Assembly: GCF_036971445.1 (NCBI RefSeq)
Contig: NC_091473.1
Coordinates: 129,456,001 to 129,520,000 of the forward strand
Direction: 5' to 3'
DNA: 64,000 nucleotides
Origin: Narcine bancroftii
Lineage: Eukaryota
Shown here: in pieces, positions 23,173 through 36,900 of the stretch
How positions within the stretch are numbered: the stretch's first letter is position 1
How the letters are laid out: every line of letters begins with the position of its first letter
Notes under the pieces: generated by a model
Database searches by the model: none
What the model saw: the letters and a program-made list of their open reading frames with translations, nothing else
What the model was told of the DNA's origin: nothing
Translations under genes and position numbers: made by a program

Positions 23173-26100
23173 CCAGGCTGACTGCGTCACGTGAGCTTCT
23201 GTCTTCTTCAACTTAAGCATTATTCTTGTTTCTCCCAGCAACTAGGAGTAACTGGATGTCTTGCTTATCCATTTCAAATGGGGAATTTCAGGGTCACTCT
23301 TAAAATTCAGTCTCAGTAAGGATGACAGGATTCTTTCACTAAATTAGTGATGTTAGTGAAACACTTGGGCTTTATGACCCATACAGAAGTTTTGTTTTAA
23401 TTAATTGAATTTATGTCACTCAACTGTGATGGAGGGACTTGAATTTATGTGCCTAGTTTATTAGTTCAGCCCTCTGGTTTATCTTACTGCAGAATAACAC
23501 CATAACGAGTTGAATGTAATATATATCATATAAAGATGAAATGTCCCTTTATCTATTGATAAAAAAGAGGATGATAAAGGAATGACAAATTTGAAAAAGC
23601 AGTAGAATGAAGCACATGGATGTAGTTTGAAAAATGAAGGGGTTGAAGAGGCAGAAACTTTGGAAGGTCATTGTCCCGAAGGGGGATGATTGAATTTCAT
23701 TTGCAGTATATGATGCACAGTCAATATATATTTTGCTGTCACATTCCCTCAAAAATTTTTACCCTTGAAAAGGTTCTAATTCAATTTCTGAGCAGAATAG
23801 GATCTCGAGAAAGAATCACCCAATGTATTAATCCTTGGAACATCTCGGTCCTCTCTGGTGATACAAGAGCCAACAGGCGCTGGACTTTAGAGAGACTCCT
23901 GATGTCCTGAGTCTCGATGCAAAGTCTAGACTTGAAACATTGATGATCTTTCTCTCCACACATGCTGCCTGACCCACTAAGTTCCAACAGCAGTTTAATT
24001 TCAGTTCTCCCAAGACTGCTTTACACAATTTATCATTAAGTATTTTGATCAGACATGCATCATGTTCAGTAAATTTGTCTCCTGATGATTATTCATTTGG
24101 CAAGCAAGGAATATTAGAGTTCAGTGTGGGGAGAAAGATGACATGTAATTTTAAAATGAATATTAATATGTTCAAGCCTGTTTGTATCAAAAATGATAAC
24201 CTGTCCCATCTGCCAAAGCAGTCTTGATTACTTCCTTTACATGCACACCGTTTAATTTCTCTAAACAGTCACTAGCCCACCTCCTCCTCTGTCTTTCTCA
24301 ATTAACCATTATTCTTTTAAGATGCATTTCTTTTCTTTACTAAATATAAACTTGCCACTTAGCCTAAATAATTGCTGTTTTTTTTTCTGAAGTCTGCAAC
24401 AATTCAATCTGTTTTCTCATTCCTTTATAAATGACCTGCTTGTCCTCTGCAACATCACAACTTCCTGGGATTTTGTCTGAAATCAGTTCAACAATATTGT
24501 ACATTGTGGTTCCAAATTCTGTTTATTTTTTCCAGTCATTTCTGGTAACTTGTGTATATGTCAAGGCACTCCATATCCTCTCCTCTCCCCACAAAACAAA
24601 GCCCAATCCTTCAGAGTTTTTTTTTTTCAGTTTAAAATATGCTGAAAAATGCAAAGGAACTTCAAAAAATGCTGCACCGACTCAACAGGTCAGGCAGCAC
24701 TTGTGGAGGGAGGAACAGACTGACTGTTTCAGCTTGACGATCTTCATCAGATTGGTGAAAAGATAGGAATTGTTGGTGCACAGAGAACTCTCGATGGACG
24801 AGCTCAAAAGACTGTAAATTGATTCAGCAGCCAATTAGGTAAGAAAACGACACCATTGTCTACATTGCGAGGGTTTGATTCTCCTTCTCCACAGATGCTG
24901 CCAGTCTTGCTGCGTCCCGACCTTTCTGTTTTTATTCTGAGCGAGTGTTTTAGGTGGCAGAGTAGAGCGAGGGGTGCAAAGAGCAAGAGGGGTTCGGATG
25001 GAGATTAGAAGAATCCAGGTGACAAAGTACTGCTTGTCCCATCTTAGAATGGCTAGTGAATTCTGGTTAAACATAACTAACCGCAAAGACTAGTTATTTG
25101 GATTTTCTTTCCTCTTCTGCGTCCTGCTTCAACCCCTTCTGTGTACACCTCTTCCAGAGTCACAATACATATAATTTATAACCAGTCACTACACTCTCTG
25201 AGACAACATCATTCTTTTATATTTTGGACCCACCCATTGGCTGTGATTGACCGCTTGAGATTATTTATCGTGTTTCCCATCATCTTTCTCCGATATATTA
25301 GATCTATAGATCTAGCTTTTATTTAATTTTAAGCAGATGAAACCAGATCACCTTTACTGACATTAAGTTTCATTTCCCATTCTACCACAACCTCCTGGGG
25401 CTTCTTTTAATGATCAGGGTTTTTTTTTAATCACCGTTCATTGTCCCAACTGTTTGTGTAAGAACTTTAAGCCAGAACCTCAGTCTTTGGAACCTGTCAA
25501 TCCAGATTTTCTTGCCATTCTCATATTCTAGATTCCTTAATGATCTCCAGTTCTATCCTGCTTGGTAATTTTTCAAATGCTTCATTGATAGATGACTCCA
25601 CTATCCACAAAGCACAGAAACAGGCTATTAAGTCACTGTTGACCACCAAGCAACCACTTACACTAATCACATACTGATCCCAGTTTATTCTTCTCATACT
25701 CCCCTGAACTCCCACCCACCCCCATTTTATCACTCATCTGCATATGATGGCACAATTTTCAGAAGCCAATTAACCCATCAACCATTCTACTCTTCTTTAT
25801 ACTATTTCTGAAATGGTGTGATGCACTCTGCTAAAACGTCAATGCTTAAATTCTGAAGGCTATGTAAGAAATAAAGATGTAGCAAATAATAGAAAGGGAG
25901 TTAAATTACCGAGGATCATGATAAATGTTTAACTCAAGCCTATTTCCCTCATGAAAAGCAAAATTCTTCAGGGCAAAGGAGAGGGGATGTTGAGATGGAA
26001 TTTTGGCTGACATTAAAAACTGTGGGTCATTCTGCCATAATAAGGGGCTCACCCTTTTGTTCTGAGCTGAGGAGAAATCCCATCAGGCCTCAGTGAGTCT

Positions 26101-26354
26101 GAAATGATCTTCCCAATATATTTATGGGTGTTTAGACATTGAATGTTTTTGCAACTGCGGTTAAGGATTTGTGTTTGTCAGTGATTCTAAATGTGCTGCC
26201 AAATAGCACTTTAAACTACTTCATTTTGATGACATTTGCTCATGTTTTTGAGGTAAATGTGGGTTGCTACAAAATAAATGAGTGTCAGGGCAGGTTGTCA
26301 ACTTCATCATGTAAGGCTGGTTGTCGGGGGTCATAATGCTGGGGAAGGAAATTA

Positions 26355-26656
26355 CTCAACACTCACAGTCTAAGGGTAAGGGGTAAGCCACTTTGGACTG
26401 AGATGGGGAGGAACTTTTTCCACTCAGAGCTCTAAACTTGTGGATCTCCCTATTGTAGAATGTTATTGAGACCAGTTTGTTAGATATATTAAAAGGGAAT
26501 TAGATGTGGCCCTATTGGCTGACGGAATCGAAGGGTGTGGTGAGAAAGCAGGAATGGGGTATTGAAGTCATATGATCAGTGATTATTGTAATGAATGGCA
26601 GAATAGGCTTGAAGGACTGAATGGCCTTCCCCTACATCTATGTTCTATATTTCTAT
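26355..26656 (+). mobile_element. CR1 3' fragment
   Basis: HSLRVRG..F.TEM.RNFF-like decayed coding and a TTCTAT tail. Confidence 0.75.
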
Positions 26657-27074
26657 TGTTAAAATTGACCTTTGGTTGTTTGAAAACAAGCACTAATACT
26701 GCTGCACGAATAGACTTTTAATCACTTTGCAAAGCATGAGAACTTCTTTACAGCAAGAAGCACTGACATGAGCAGCTAGTCGCATGCCAAGGGTGGCTTA
26801 CAAATCATATCTTTTACACCTTCAGACACCCTAGGTTTCTAGAACATTCAAACAAATTGCTCCATATAAGAACATACTCCTGAGAATTCCCTTGGGATTC
26901 ATTAATCAGGCACGTGCCCCGCACCCAATGGTTAATGATCTTTTTCTGGCTGAGCCAAGTATGGAATCATTGTTCTTCAACCTTGATGAGTTATCAAGAC
27001 ATACTATGAAATGTTTTCTGCAATATTATATAGGTCACTACTTTAAAATTTACATTCACACGATGCCTATCAGG

Positions 27075-30000
27075 CGTAATGACCATGAATTACCCAGTGT
27101 ACACCCAGTTAAAGAATACACATGCTCGTTTCTTTCAGCAGGCCATGAAGTCGACTTTCTTTATTATTCACCTGACACAATATTGCCTTCAACTCCCCAA
27201 CCCCCTTTGAACTTCTCATTGGCTTACTGCCACACAGGTGATCCTGATGCTCTCACTCTGCATCCGTGATCCATCACCCATATACTGATGCTAAACACAC
27301 CCGCACATGTGAGCTATTTCTCTGATGCATGCTTTGCTTACATCATCAGTGGCGGCCAGCATCATATCCGATGAAGGTAAGTACGCGACCGCAACAGCTC
27401 TACCCTCAGCCTCTGAGCCATGCAAGAAGGCATCTGATTGGAACTGTCCCACTATGTAATGGGCTGACAGGTTGGCCCAACCTCGTACGATAGTGCAAGA
27501 CAGGCAATGCATGGTCTGACTGAGAAAGATGCGACTGGTCCTCTGACTTTGGCTCCGGTGCAGAACATAGGCCATCAATATATATCGGCATCAACGAGTT
27601 AACTTTTGCATTCCTATGAGTCAAAAATGTCTTTGTGTGGCATTGTAAGACCTGAAAAGGACCATTGTAAATTTACTAAGGTGGTTTACGAAAGGCATCA
27701 TGCTGAAAAAAATACATGAATATAGCGTTGTAAATCATTTGGTACATAGGTAGGAGTAGGTGGGAGTAATCTCATGTTTTCCCGAAGATGATCAAAATAA
27801 CTAGGGGGATCATAGAGTGTTGTGCATAGACTCGGATTCACAAACTCATCAGGCAAGGTTAACATCGTACCGTATACTAGCTCTGTCGCTGAACATCCAA
27901 GATCTGCCTTAACAGCAGTACGCACTCCAAGGAGAACCATGGGTAAATGTTCGCTCCACGTAGATGCATCACCACCTGCTGTCATTGCTGCCTTCAATTG
28001 TCAATTAAAATGCTCAATGAGGCCATTGGCCTGCAAATGGTAAGCCGTAGTGAGAATATGGGTAGTGCCAAAAGATCAGTACAATGCCGACTTGAATTGA
28101 GACTTTCAATCTGTTGTAATAGTGACCAGAACAGTGAAAAATGGAATCCAATGATTCACAAAAGCCCTAGTGACCATCTCTGCAGAGATATCAGTGATAG
28201 GAATGGCCTCCTGGCACCTGGTAATCCTGTCTTCATACGTGAGCAGATTAGTATATCCCCAAGATGGCGAAAGCGGGCCACCAAGTCTAGGTGCACATGC
28301 TGGAAATGGGCATCCTGAACAACAAAATCCTCCAGCTTGGGTTTCATGTGTCTGGAGACTTTAGAGTGTTAACAAGGCAAGTAGGTCCTTGCCCATAATC
28401 CAACAACCCATTTAACATGAGGCCAGGTAAAAACATTCCATAACTAGTTTAACTGATGCTCTTCTGGCAGGATGCAATAGACTCAAAAATCTCCCACCTC
28501 ATAACTGCCAGCACAAAAGGCCTAGGCCTGCCTGTGGAAAAATTGCAGGCTAAATTGTCACCCAATTCATCCAGCGTCATGTCTTGGGAAGTGAGATTGG
28601 GATTGGTGTGCTGTGCACAAGCCATGGCAGAAGTTGTATGTAAGGTGTCAAAATGTTGTGCCTGGACAGGGTGTCAGCCATGGGATTCGCTTTTCCTCAG
28701 ATGTGCGGTATGTCTGATGAAAATTGTAAGATGAAGTCCAAGTGCCGAATCTCTCTGGATGAGTACAAGTGTGTGGTTGTACTTGCGGTAGGCCTAAGAG
28801 GCTGGTGAAAGGATGACCTTCCAATAAAATGCGGAAATGTTTTGTTGCGAGATTGATGGCCAAGAATTCTCAACCAAACATACTATATTTTGCCTGAGCC
28901 GTTGACAGCTTGGCTGAAAAAAATGCCATTGGTTCCAGTTGTCCACGAACTCGTTCTAACACTGGTCCCACACCATTGATAGCGGCATCTCTGATAAGAG
29001 AGAGCAAGGCTTTGGGTTCTTGATGTACAAGCATCTTGGCATCCACAAGCAGAGTCTTCACATTGTTGAAAGCATGCACAGCTTTGCCTCCCAAAGTTAA
29101 GGGTCTTTTGGACACAGACTTATTGGTTCCTTTTAGTAGTTAACTAAGGGAGATGTTGCAGCTTTCAGCACGAATCAATGATAAGAATTCATCATGCCTA
29201 AAAAAAAGTCGCAACCGGCCAAATGGAACAGGTGTAGGAAATTCTCAAATCTTGGCACTTTTGAATCATTTGGCAAAATACTATGTTGGGTAACTCTATG
29301 TCCCAAAAATATAAGATCATCAGCGCCAAAAATGTATTTACTTGAATTGATCACAATGCCAAACTCCTCAAGTGTCTGAAATGATGAGATAAGGTGGCTC
29401 TTGTGCTCCTCTTCATCCAAACACAAAATGGAGGCCAGTGAGTACATGGTACATAAACCGCTGGAATGTCTGAGTTGCATTCCATAGACCAAATGGCATT
29501 CACAGAAACTCAAATGTGCTGAAAGGGGTAATTAGTGCCATCTTCGTGACATCAGAAGGCTCAACTGGAATCTGATAGTAAGCACGTACTTGATCTATTT
29601 CGTAAATACATGTTTGCCGTGAAGATTTGCTGAGAAGTCTTGTAAATTGGGAATGTTGTCCTGGACAGGCACGGTAGAATTGTTCAGGGCACGATAATTA
29701 ACACAAGGTTGCCAATCCCCAGAAGATTTATTTTTGGAACCATATACAATAGTGAAGCGCAGCAGCTCTCAGATCTGCACTCTTGCATGTGGTCGAATTC
29801 TGTTTTCATGATTTTAAGATGCTTTGGGAATAACCTACGAGGCCATGCTACCACCAGAGGACCCCAAGTCTTTGTATGGGGGATTACTGTATACTTAACG
29901 TCTGTGGGATGATACGATGGGGTCACTAAGTGAGGGAAAGACGAGCAAGGGTCGGAAAGGGCAGGAGCCAGGTTGAAGGCTTGTCAGGTGGATGATGACT

Positions 30001-32478
30001 TTGGAGGGATGACAGATGCAGCTCACTTGTATACAAGAGTTGTGGTCCACAAGGCAGCAATTTTTAAAATCTACCAACAAAGTAAAATGTGACAACAAAT
30101 CCACACCCAAAAGTGATGTTTTCATGTTTGCAATCATGAAAACTCATCAAAAAGGTTTCTTGAGACTGAAATTCAATGTGAGTGATCTCTGGCCATATGT
30201 TTGAATATTAGAATCATTTGTGGCTGTACCACTGAAATTTCTGCACTAGAATCGATTAGAAATTGAACACCTGAGAGATTGTCTTTGAGGAAAATATGGC
30301 GGAACACATGCCAATGTGCATTTATAGAAGTCACAAGGTGGCTGACAGGACCAGGCAGCAGCACTAAATCTGACGCTTCCAACAAATAAGCCTCTACCAT
30401 GTCCTCAACCACCATGATTCCAGCTGTCGACAGAAGGAATTCCATTGCGTGCCCAAAACCTCAACCTGTGTAGTCAGTGTTGCCATTTGCTGCTCCCACA
30501 CAGTTCTCTCTGATTGATAAGGTGTTGGCGCTACCTTCGACTGATGAGGTGCTGTAGCTTCACAAGGTGCAGTAAGCAGTTGTTTCAGCTTTATTTGCTC
30601 CTGTTGACTAGGGGAAGAAGCCAATCCTTCTATTTTCTATGCGGAGGTCGTGGACATATCGAGGTCAGCGTGATCCGCCAACTGATCAAGGATGGACTTT
30701 CGAAAAACACTTATTAAATGTTCTTGAATGTGCGTGGTTTCCAAAAATCGCCTGCGCCACCTCCTCAACATGTGTGATGGTTGTGGTGCGGGTTACATTA
30801 TATTTTATATTATATATAAATATGTTTTTAATAGATTGTGGGGATCTAGTATAGATCACCTAACAAACAGAGTAACACTTCACAAAAGATATCTCATTTA
30901 AAATGCAAGAGCTATGTATAAGTAGAGACTTCATGTCCACAGTGACTTTACAGAAACTTTGAAGAGTGCCTATGGAGACTTCACAAGTAGGTGTTAATTG
31001 GACTGATATTGTGGAGTAAATGTGGAGTCTTTAAAGCAACAGATGCCCAGGCAGAAATTGATTCTGATGCTGACAATCCGGTTGCAGTGCTCTGTTCTCA
31101 GAGGGATCAGGTGATTTTGCAAACAGGCAGAGAGAGAGAGAGAGAGAGAACTGAGTTCGACAGTGGCTTTTTGAAAAGATGGGTTGTGAGTTCTGAGTTC
31201 AGCCTGTTGAAAACCCTTGTAGTCCTTACAAGAGGAAATGGCTGGCTAGAGTGTTTCTGATAACATAAGGGAAGCCAGAGGAGGAACTGCAGAAGAAGTG
31301 GTTATCATTTGGAAAATTCATGATGGGACAAGTTTCTTTGGCAAGACACTGAAGTGACTGATCGGAGGGAATCAGTTTGTGTGTGTGTCCAACGAGCAAC
31401 AAATATATCTTTGAAACCAACTAGAACCTTCCTGAGCAGTAACCATTCAGCCCCAGAGCTTGATGAAAATTCCTAAATGTTAAATTCTGTGCCTAGTTTA
31501 AGAATTGCCTGATACCGGTGAACTTGGAGGAGTGAGAAGTGAGATTGGACTGCGAATTGAAGAACTTTCCTGAACATGTACACATTATATACATGTGCGC
31601 TTAGAATTAGAATGAGGTTAAGTTAATAGTAATAAGTTAAAGTTTGATTCTGTTTTAATGTTTAAAGAAAATTAAAAGCTATTTTTAAGTAACCATTTCT
31701 CTTGGTGAATTTCTATTGCTGCTGGGTTTTGGGGCCGTCCGGATTTGTAACAGTTGCCTATTGCCTAGGCTAGTAATTGAGCAATGCAAGTCTCCCTAGA
31801 TGGCTATCTATGTACGCTGCAGAATAGCTGCCTTAAGCATGTCGTGTGGAAGATTACCATCGGTTCCACTAAAACATCCTCCACTTCACAGGCAATCTGC
31901 TCAGGAATATGCTCCACGAGTACATCATACTTCGTCTTCTGACTTGTCACACTCAGGGCAGAGAACTGCACCGCAGATCATAAACCATCCTGGTGCATTA
32001 TTAATAAAAAAAGAGGGGAGGGAATCTTTAGTTTGAGCCCCCCCCCCCCCCCCCCAACTGCTCCCTGTAATGCGTTTACCCTCATCATTAGCCATTTTAA
32101 ATTAGAAGGTACTCTGAACTCACGGGGTCACCACTTGTAATGGCACTGATTTACCACAAGTTATAAACAAATAAAGAATACACTCACTCATTTCTTTCAG
32201 CACAGCATGAAGTTGACTTTCTTTTTATTTTATTTGACACTTGACACAACTCCCCAAACATTACCCAGCCAAACTCCTCTGACCTTGCTTTGGCTCACAG
32301 CCACACTGGTGATCCTGACACTCTTACTCTCCTCCTCCTGCACCTGAGATCCAACACCCGTATACTGGCGCTTAACACGCCCGTACATTTGTGCTATTAC
32401 TCACGCACGATGCTTCGCTTACATCATCAACGGTGACTGACACCGCTCCCAACGAAAGTAAGTACGTTACCGCGACCA
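27075..32478 (-). mobile_element. Decayed full-length Gypsy/Ty3 LTR retrotransposon
   Basis: LTRs 32136-32478 and 27075-27396; PBS TGGTGACCCCG at 32133-32123. On minus: gag (TKYDVLV, LGNRQPSHML), protease (FLIDSSAEISV), RT (FLGHRVT), RNase H (FFSAKLSTAQAKYS), integrase (HVHLDLV; WSEHLPMVLLGVRT...ELVYG). Many frameshifts. Confidence 0.93.
30784..31752 (+). mobile_element. Solo LTR (~970 bp) inserted in Gypsy gag
   Basis: Ends GTAACA, TSD GTTG (30780-30783/31753-31756); homologous over its full length to 40685-41649. Confidence 0.85.
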
Positions 32479-35352
32479 TGTTATTTCTACGTCAGCTTCC
32501 CAGCACTATGGTAATCCTGATGTAGTCTATTTCTGCACAGTGGCCCACAGATGCCAAGGGCCATGCCTGTACTGCAAATTTGAATGGGCCACATGGAAGC
32601 CAGAGCTCTTGATATAAACGGTCTTTATTCAATACAAGCAGGTATTCTCAAAGAAACTCTCTTGGAAGAATCTCAAAAGTATTTCTTGGTATTTTACCCA
32701 TTCAGTACAGAGATAACAGTTGTGAAAAAATAGTTTCAGTAGTTAAAGTTGTATAATTCAATATTTTTTTTCATAGACAAGTAATTTTGTAGAATTTCAA
32801 ATTTATAATGGGAGCACATTTGAACTGGTAAAACACCAATGAATATTTTCCGTGGATAGTCTCAAGGTTATGGAGCCCAAAACTGTATACACTTCTTTTA
32901 TCCTGGTATAGAGGGAACAGCTCCATGTCTTAAATATTTATTGACAGAACAAATGATTCTCACTAATTCTGGGGGTCTTCCTTTTGTGTCCCTCTGATTG
33001 TAAGGGGCGCTGGGCACTTTCTACTGATAGCTTATCTTTGCCTTCTGGAAGACTCAAGGAAATTTCATGTAATTTCACATTTTTTGCTTCATTAAATGAC
33101 AGTAAAATTACCTTGAATTTTGAAAATGTTTTTAACAATGTGTTAAGTGCTGGTATGTCCATTTTAACCTTTCCCTAATCTCATCCTTGGGGTTTCATTG
33201 TGGGCTGAATAATGTAAGCATTCATTTATTATTTGCCCCTGCAAAGTTTACAATAGTACAAAGTTTGAATGTCCAACACCCAATGAATAGTTTCAATGTC
33301 CTTAATGTATCTATGGATGTGACATTGCTTTAATAAAGTCTCCTTCATACAGGTATCAGTTGCCAAAGTATATTTCTTAATTGATCTCCCTCCAATGGTT
33401 TCTATTTGATCTCTGCTTGCAAGTTATATGTGAACAGGTTTTTATTTTGAAGACAATTTTTCCCCCTGCACGTAACCCTGGCATTCAAGCTCTGACTCAT
33501 GCATCAATACAAATGATAAACATGTCACCTATTTGTATGTGGCATGCCATTGGACACCATTGCTTATTATTGATTTTTCCACGCATTAGTGCAACACACG
33601 CATTTAGTGCTCCGAAGGAAAGTGATGGACATTCTTTTGCAGTAAACCCGCAATTTTCAATTTCATTTAATTTTTTTCTTGTGGGAAATGAAAGCGTCAT
33701 CCCAAGTCTGCTGGGTTGAATTTCTTGTATATTAAATATCACAGAACGTGTGTAATTGACAATTATTGTGTACATGTATGTATTCCAAGTTAAGGACAAG
33801 GTGGTCTGCTTTAGAGCTCCTTTTGGTACAACTTCTGTGTGGCTGTATAGCTTTTAAGTTATAACTTATGCCTTATGATATCCAGCCAGTTTTTTTCTCA
33901 GAGCAGAGATAATTTCCTTCATGGACCCATGCTGGGTTGAGACTTCCTCAAACTTGTTTCACTTCAAAACCCTTGGCACACCTTCTGAATATTCTGCACC
34001 AATTACTTTTTCTCTTACCACAAATCTCTGAAGACGGTTGGAAGCATTTACTTGCATGCAGAGAGTGCCTTCACACAATCTACCTCCACATGGCATGAGT
34101 AACTCTTCACAATCCAAACGTGTGAGTAATGGTGGGTCTCAGCACAAAAATTAGTAGCTATGAGTGCCTTAGTAAAAAGCTTGTCTGTTATTGGCAGAGG
34201 TGTTTATCTGCAGAAATATAATTTAATTACAGTGCAGAATACCTGCAATATTAAAATAGGGAAAAAGAACAGAGTTAACGGGGCAGCAGAATTTTTTTTG
34301 TTTGTTTGTTCATTTTTTGAGATCTGGCCAGGATTAATTGCCAACCTCAAACACTCCAAAATTGCATCATGCAACTGCTTGTTACATTTCTTGAAATTTT
34401 AATTGTCGGACGAATAGTTGGAAAATCTCCCACAATCTGGATGCCAAGAAAGAAAATGAAGAGATGGTATGAGGAGTTTCCATTTCAATGCTAGAAGAAA
34501 GGGAGGGGGGAGAAGGCAGATTTGAGCTTTTAAAGATTGCTATGCCAATGGCTATTCATAGCACAGTGTTCAGCTTTCGATTATTTTTGAAAGAAAGACC
34601 ATTGTTTCAAAAGCTTTTTATGTTGAACAGCTTGCAATTTGCTAAATCTGAATGTGGCATAATCGCTGTTTACTAACCACCAAAAATTCAATAATTTGTT
34701 TGCTTTACCTTCAGCAACCATTGTAATTAACAGTGGGCCAATAATTATCACAATGAAAACTCTTCCTTTATTAAGTTGGGAACATTTATCTTGCTGAGAA
34801 GTTCGACCGTACAGCACTGTTTATTTCAGAATTAAGAGATTGCTTACCATAAAGAGAAATGCAGCAAAAATAACTTTCACTTTGGAAAGTGGTTGAATTC
34901 TTAATGGCATTATCGTATTAGTATTGAATTGTAGGATTTCCAGTGCAACATATATTTTCCCTAATTGTTGGGGAACTAGACTAAGCAGTCCAGGTGCCAA
35001 CTTCTACTGGGCACCCCTGGGCCAATTATGTTTTTATACTTCAGCTTTTGATTGGGACTTCACTCAGGTGAATCCCATTCTAGTCTTTTATCCTTCCCCG
35101 ATGGTACTAATTGGTTTTGATCCCATTTCCCATTGGACTGAATGAAATGTACATTCCTCCTGATTCCCCTGAGGCACTTAGTGAAGCCTCAGATCTCTAT
35201 GACCTATACTATCTTGGCCACACAAGAGAGTGCAAATGTTGGACTCTGGAGTGAAAAAATAAAATGTTTATTGAGCACTACAGCAAGCAGGATTTGTGAT
35301 TGAAAAAATTAAATGGTGTTTTTGGTTAATCATCAGGACTGGGAGTTTAGAG

Positions 35353-35704
35353 AAGTGGTTCTCAACCATTTTCTTTCCACTCACATACCACTTCAAGTAA
35401 TTCCTACGCCATTGGTGCTCTGTGATTAGTAAGGGATTGTTTAAGGTGGTATGTGAGTGGGAAAGGAAGGTTGAGAATCACTGCTCTCGACTCAAATGTG
35501 ATGGGAATATTTTGCTTGAAAAAAATTGTCATTGGCCCATTTCCTTTGGAGTTATGAAACAGTGTATGTAACAAGTCAGTTAAGTACAATTTTCAAATTG
35601 TTTCTTTCCACCCATATATCACCTTAAGCAATCCCAGATCACCTATGGTATAGGGAATACTTAAAGTGGTATGTGAGTGGAAAGAAAACGGTTGAGAACC
35701 ATTG
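35353..35704. mobile_element. hAT/Charlie-type MITE with double-hairpin structure
   Basis: TIR (C)AGTGGTTCTCAACC...GGTTGAGAACCATTG; 8-bp TSD GTTTAGAG/GTTGAGAG; inserted in a PLE remnant. Confidence 0.8.
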
Positions 35705-36069
35705 GTTGAGAGGGAAAATAGCTGGTAAAGACAAAGGCTGGGAGATGATTTGGTGGAATCAGCTATGGGAGGGATGAAGGGTTGATATATCCAGTGGAGG
35801 AGGAGGGAGTATAGGTGAACCAAGGGAGAATTCCAGCTAGTTAATCATATGTGCGATGGGCAGAATGACGAATTAGGTGAGAGAAGACAATTTATCTAGG
35901 TAATGATGTGAGGATGGCGTGGGTGGGGAAGGGTTAGGAAAAATAGATAAAGGGCGAAGGGCTCTGGTGGATTGGTGAGAATGGGAAGGGATCATAAGGT
36001 GAGTGGGCTACCTAAAATAACAGTCTTACTTGGTTGCTGTATGTTTAAATATATAACTAAGGGGAAAAT

Positions 36070-36245
36070 GCCAGCAACCTGGGTTCAAATCCTGAGCTGG
36101 CTATAAGGAGTTTGTACGTTTCCCCCGGGTGGGCGGTGTGTTTTCCTCCCACCCTTTAAAACCTACCGGGGCTGTAGGTCATTTGGGTGCAATTAGCTGG
36201 CACAGGCACGGGGGCCTGAAGGGCCTGTTAATGCACTCTCTGCCT
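36070..36245 (+). mobile_element. V-SINE (HE1-like) fragment
   Basis: B box GGGTTCAAATCC and V-core-like GGAGTTTGTACGTT..CCCC..TTTCCTCCCAC. Confidence 0.7.
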
Positions 36246-36454
36246 AAATATATAACTGAGGGGAAAATCTATTAATTATCCTCAAATAAAAAATTGCTGG
36301 GTAGAAAATGAGAAAAGTTGAAAGGAATTCAAAGTCTGTTGTGTTGGACAGAAGAACACAGCATCATGAGACTATATATTTTTCCTCTTACTCTACCAAC
36401 TGCTAGTGCATCTCCAGGGAAATCCAGGACAAGTATGTTTTGGATAACCTTTTA

Positions 36455-36900
36455 TAACTCAGCAGGTTGGGCCCTTCATCGTGATAATGAAAAAAATGTC
36501 GACAGATGCCAGTAAAAAGTGACGGGAGGGATAGTCTGGGGGAGGTGCATAGTTCCACAAGCAGTAGGTAATCAGTGGATAAGGGAGGGAGGGCCCACCA
36601 GCAAGCGGATTATTGGAGGGATGGCGCAGTGAATGGGGAGGGAAGGGACGGAGAACTGGAGGAAAGAAGGCAAAGGGAAAAAGAAGGGAGGGAGGGAGAA
36701 TGGAGAGTAGGTGGGCAGAAACTGGAGGTCGATGTTAATGCTATCTGATTGGTAGAGTGCCCAGGCAGAAAATCAAGCATTGGTCCTCTATTTGTGGGTG
36801 GTCTGGGTGGGACAATACATGAGGCCATGGACAGACATGCGAGCAAGGAATTGAAGTGGTTGGGCACTGGTGCAGACAGAGTGAAGGTGCTCAGCGAAGC
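36455..36900 (-). mobile_element. Penelope-like 3' remnant
   Basis: HFNS motif, GA-rich tract and hammerhead remnant; homologous to 1475-1830. Confidence 0.7.

Noticed and set aside
26657-27055. Possible additional solo LTRs here and at ~32565-32940
   Set aside because: They have poly(A)/TATA-like motifs on minus, but I could not define termini or TSDs.
32037-32055. Poly-C run as a regulatory G-quadruplex
   Set aside because: A homopolymer expansion inside decayed Gypsy sequence; its length is unreliable.
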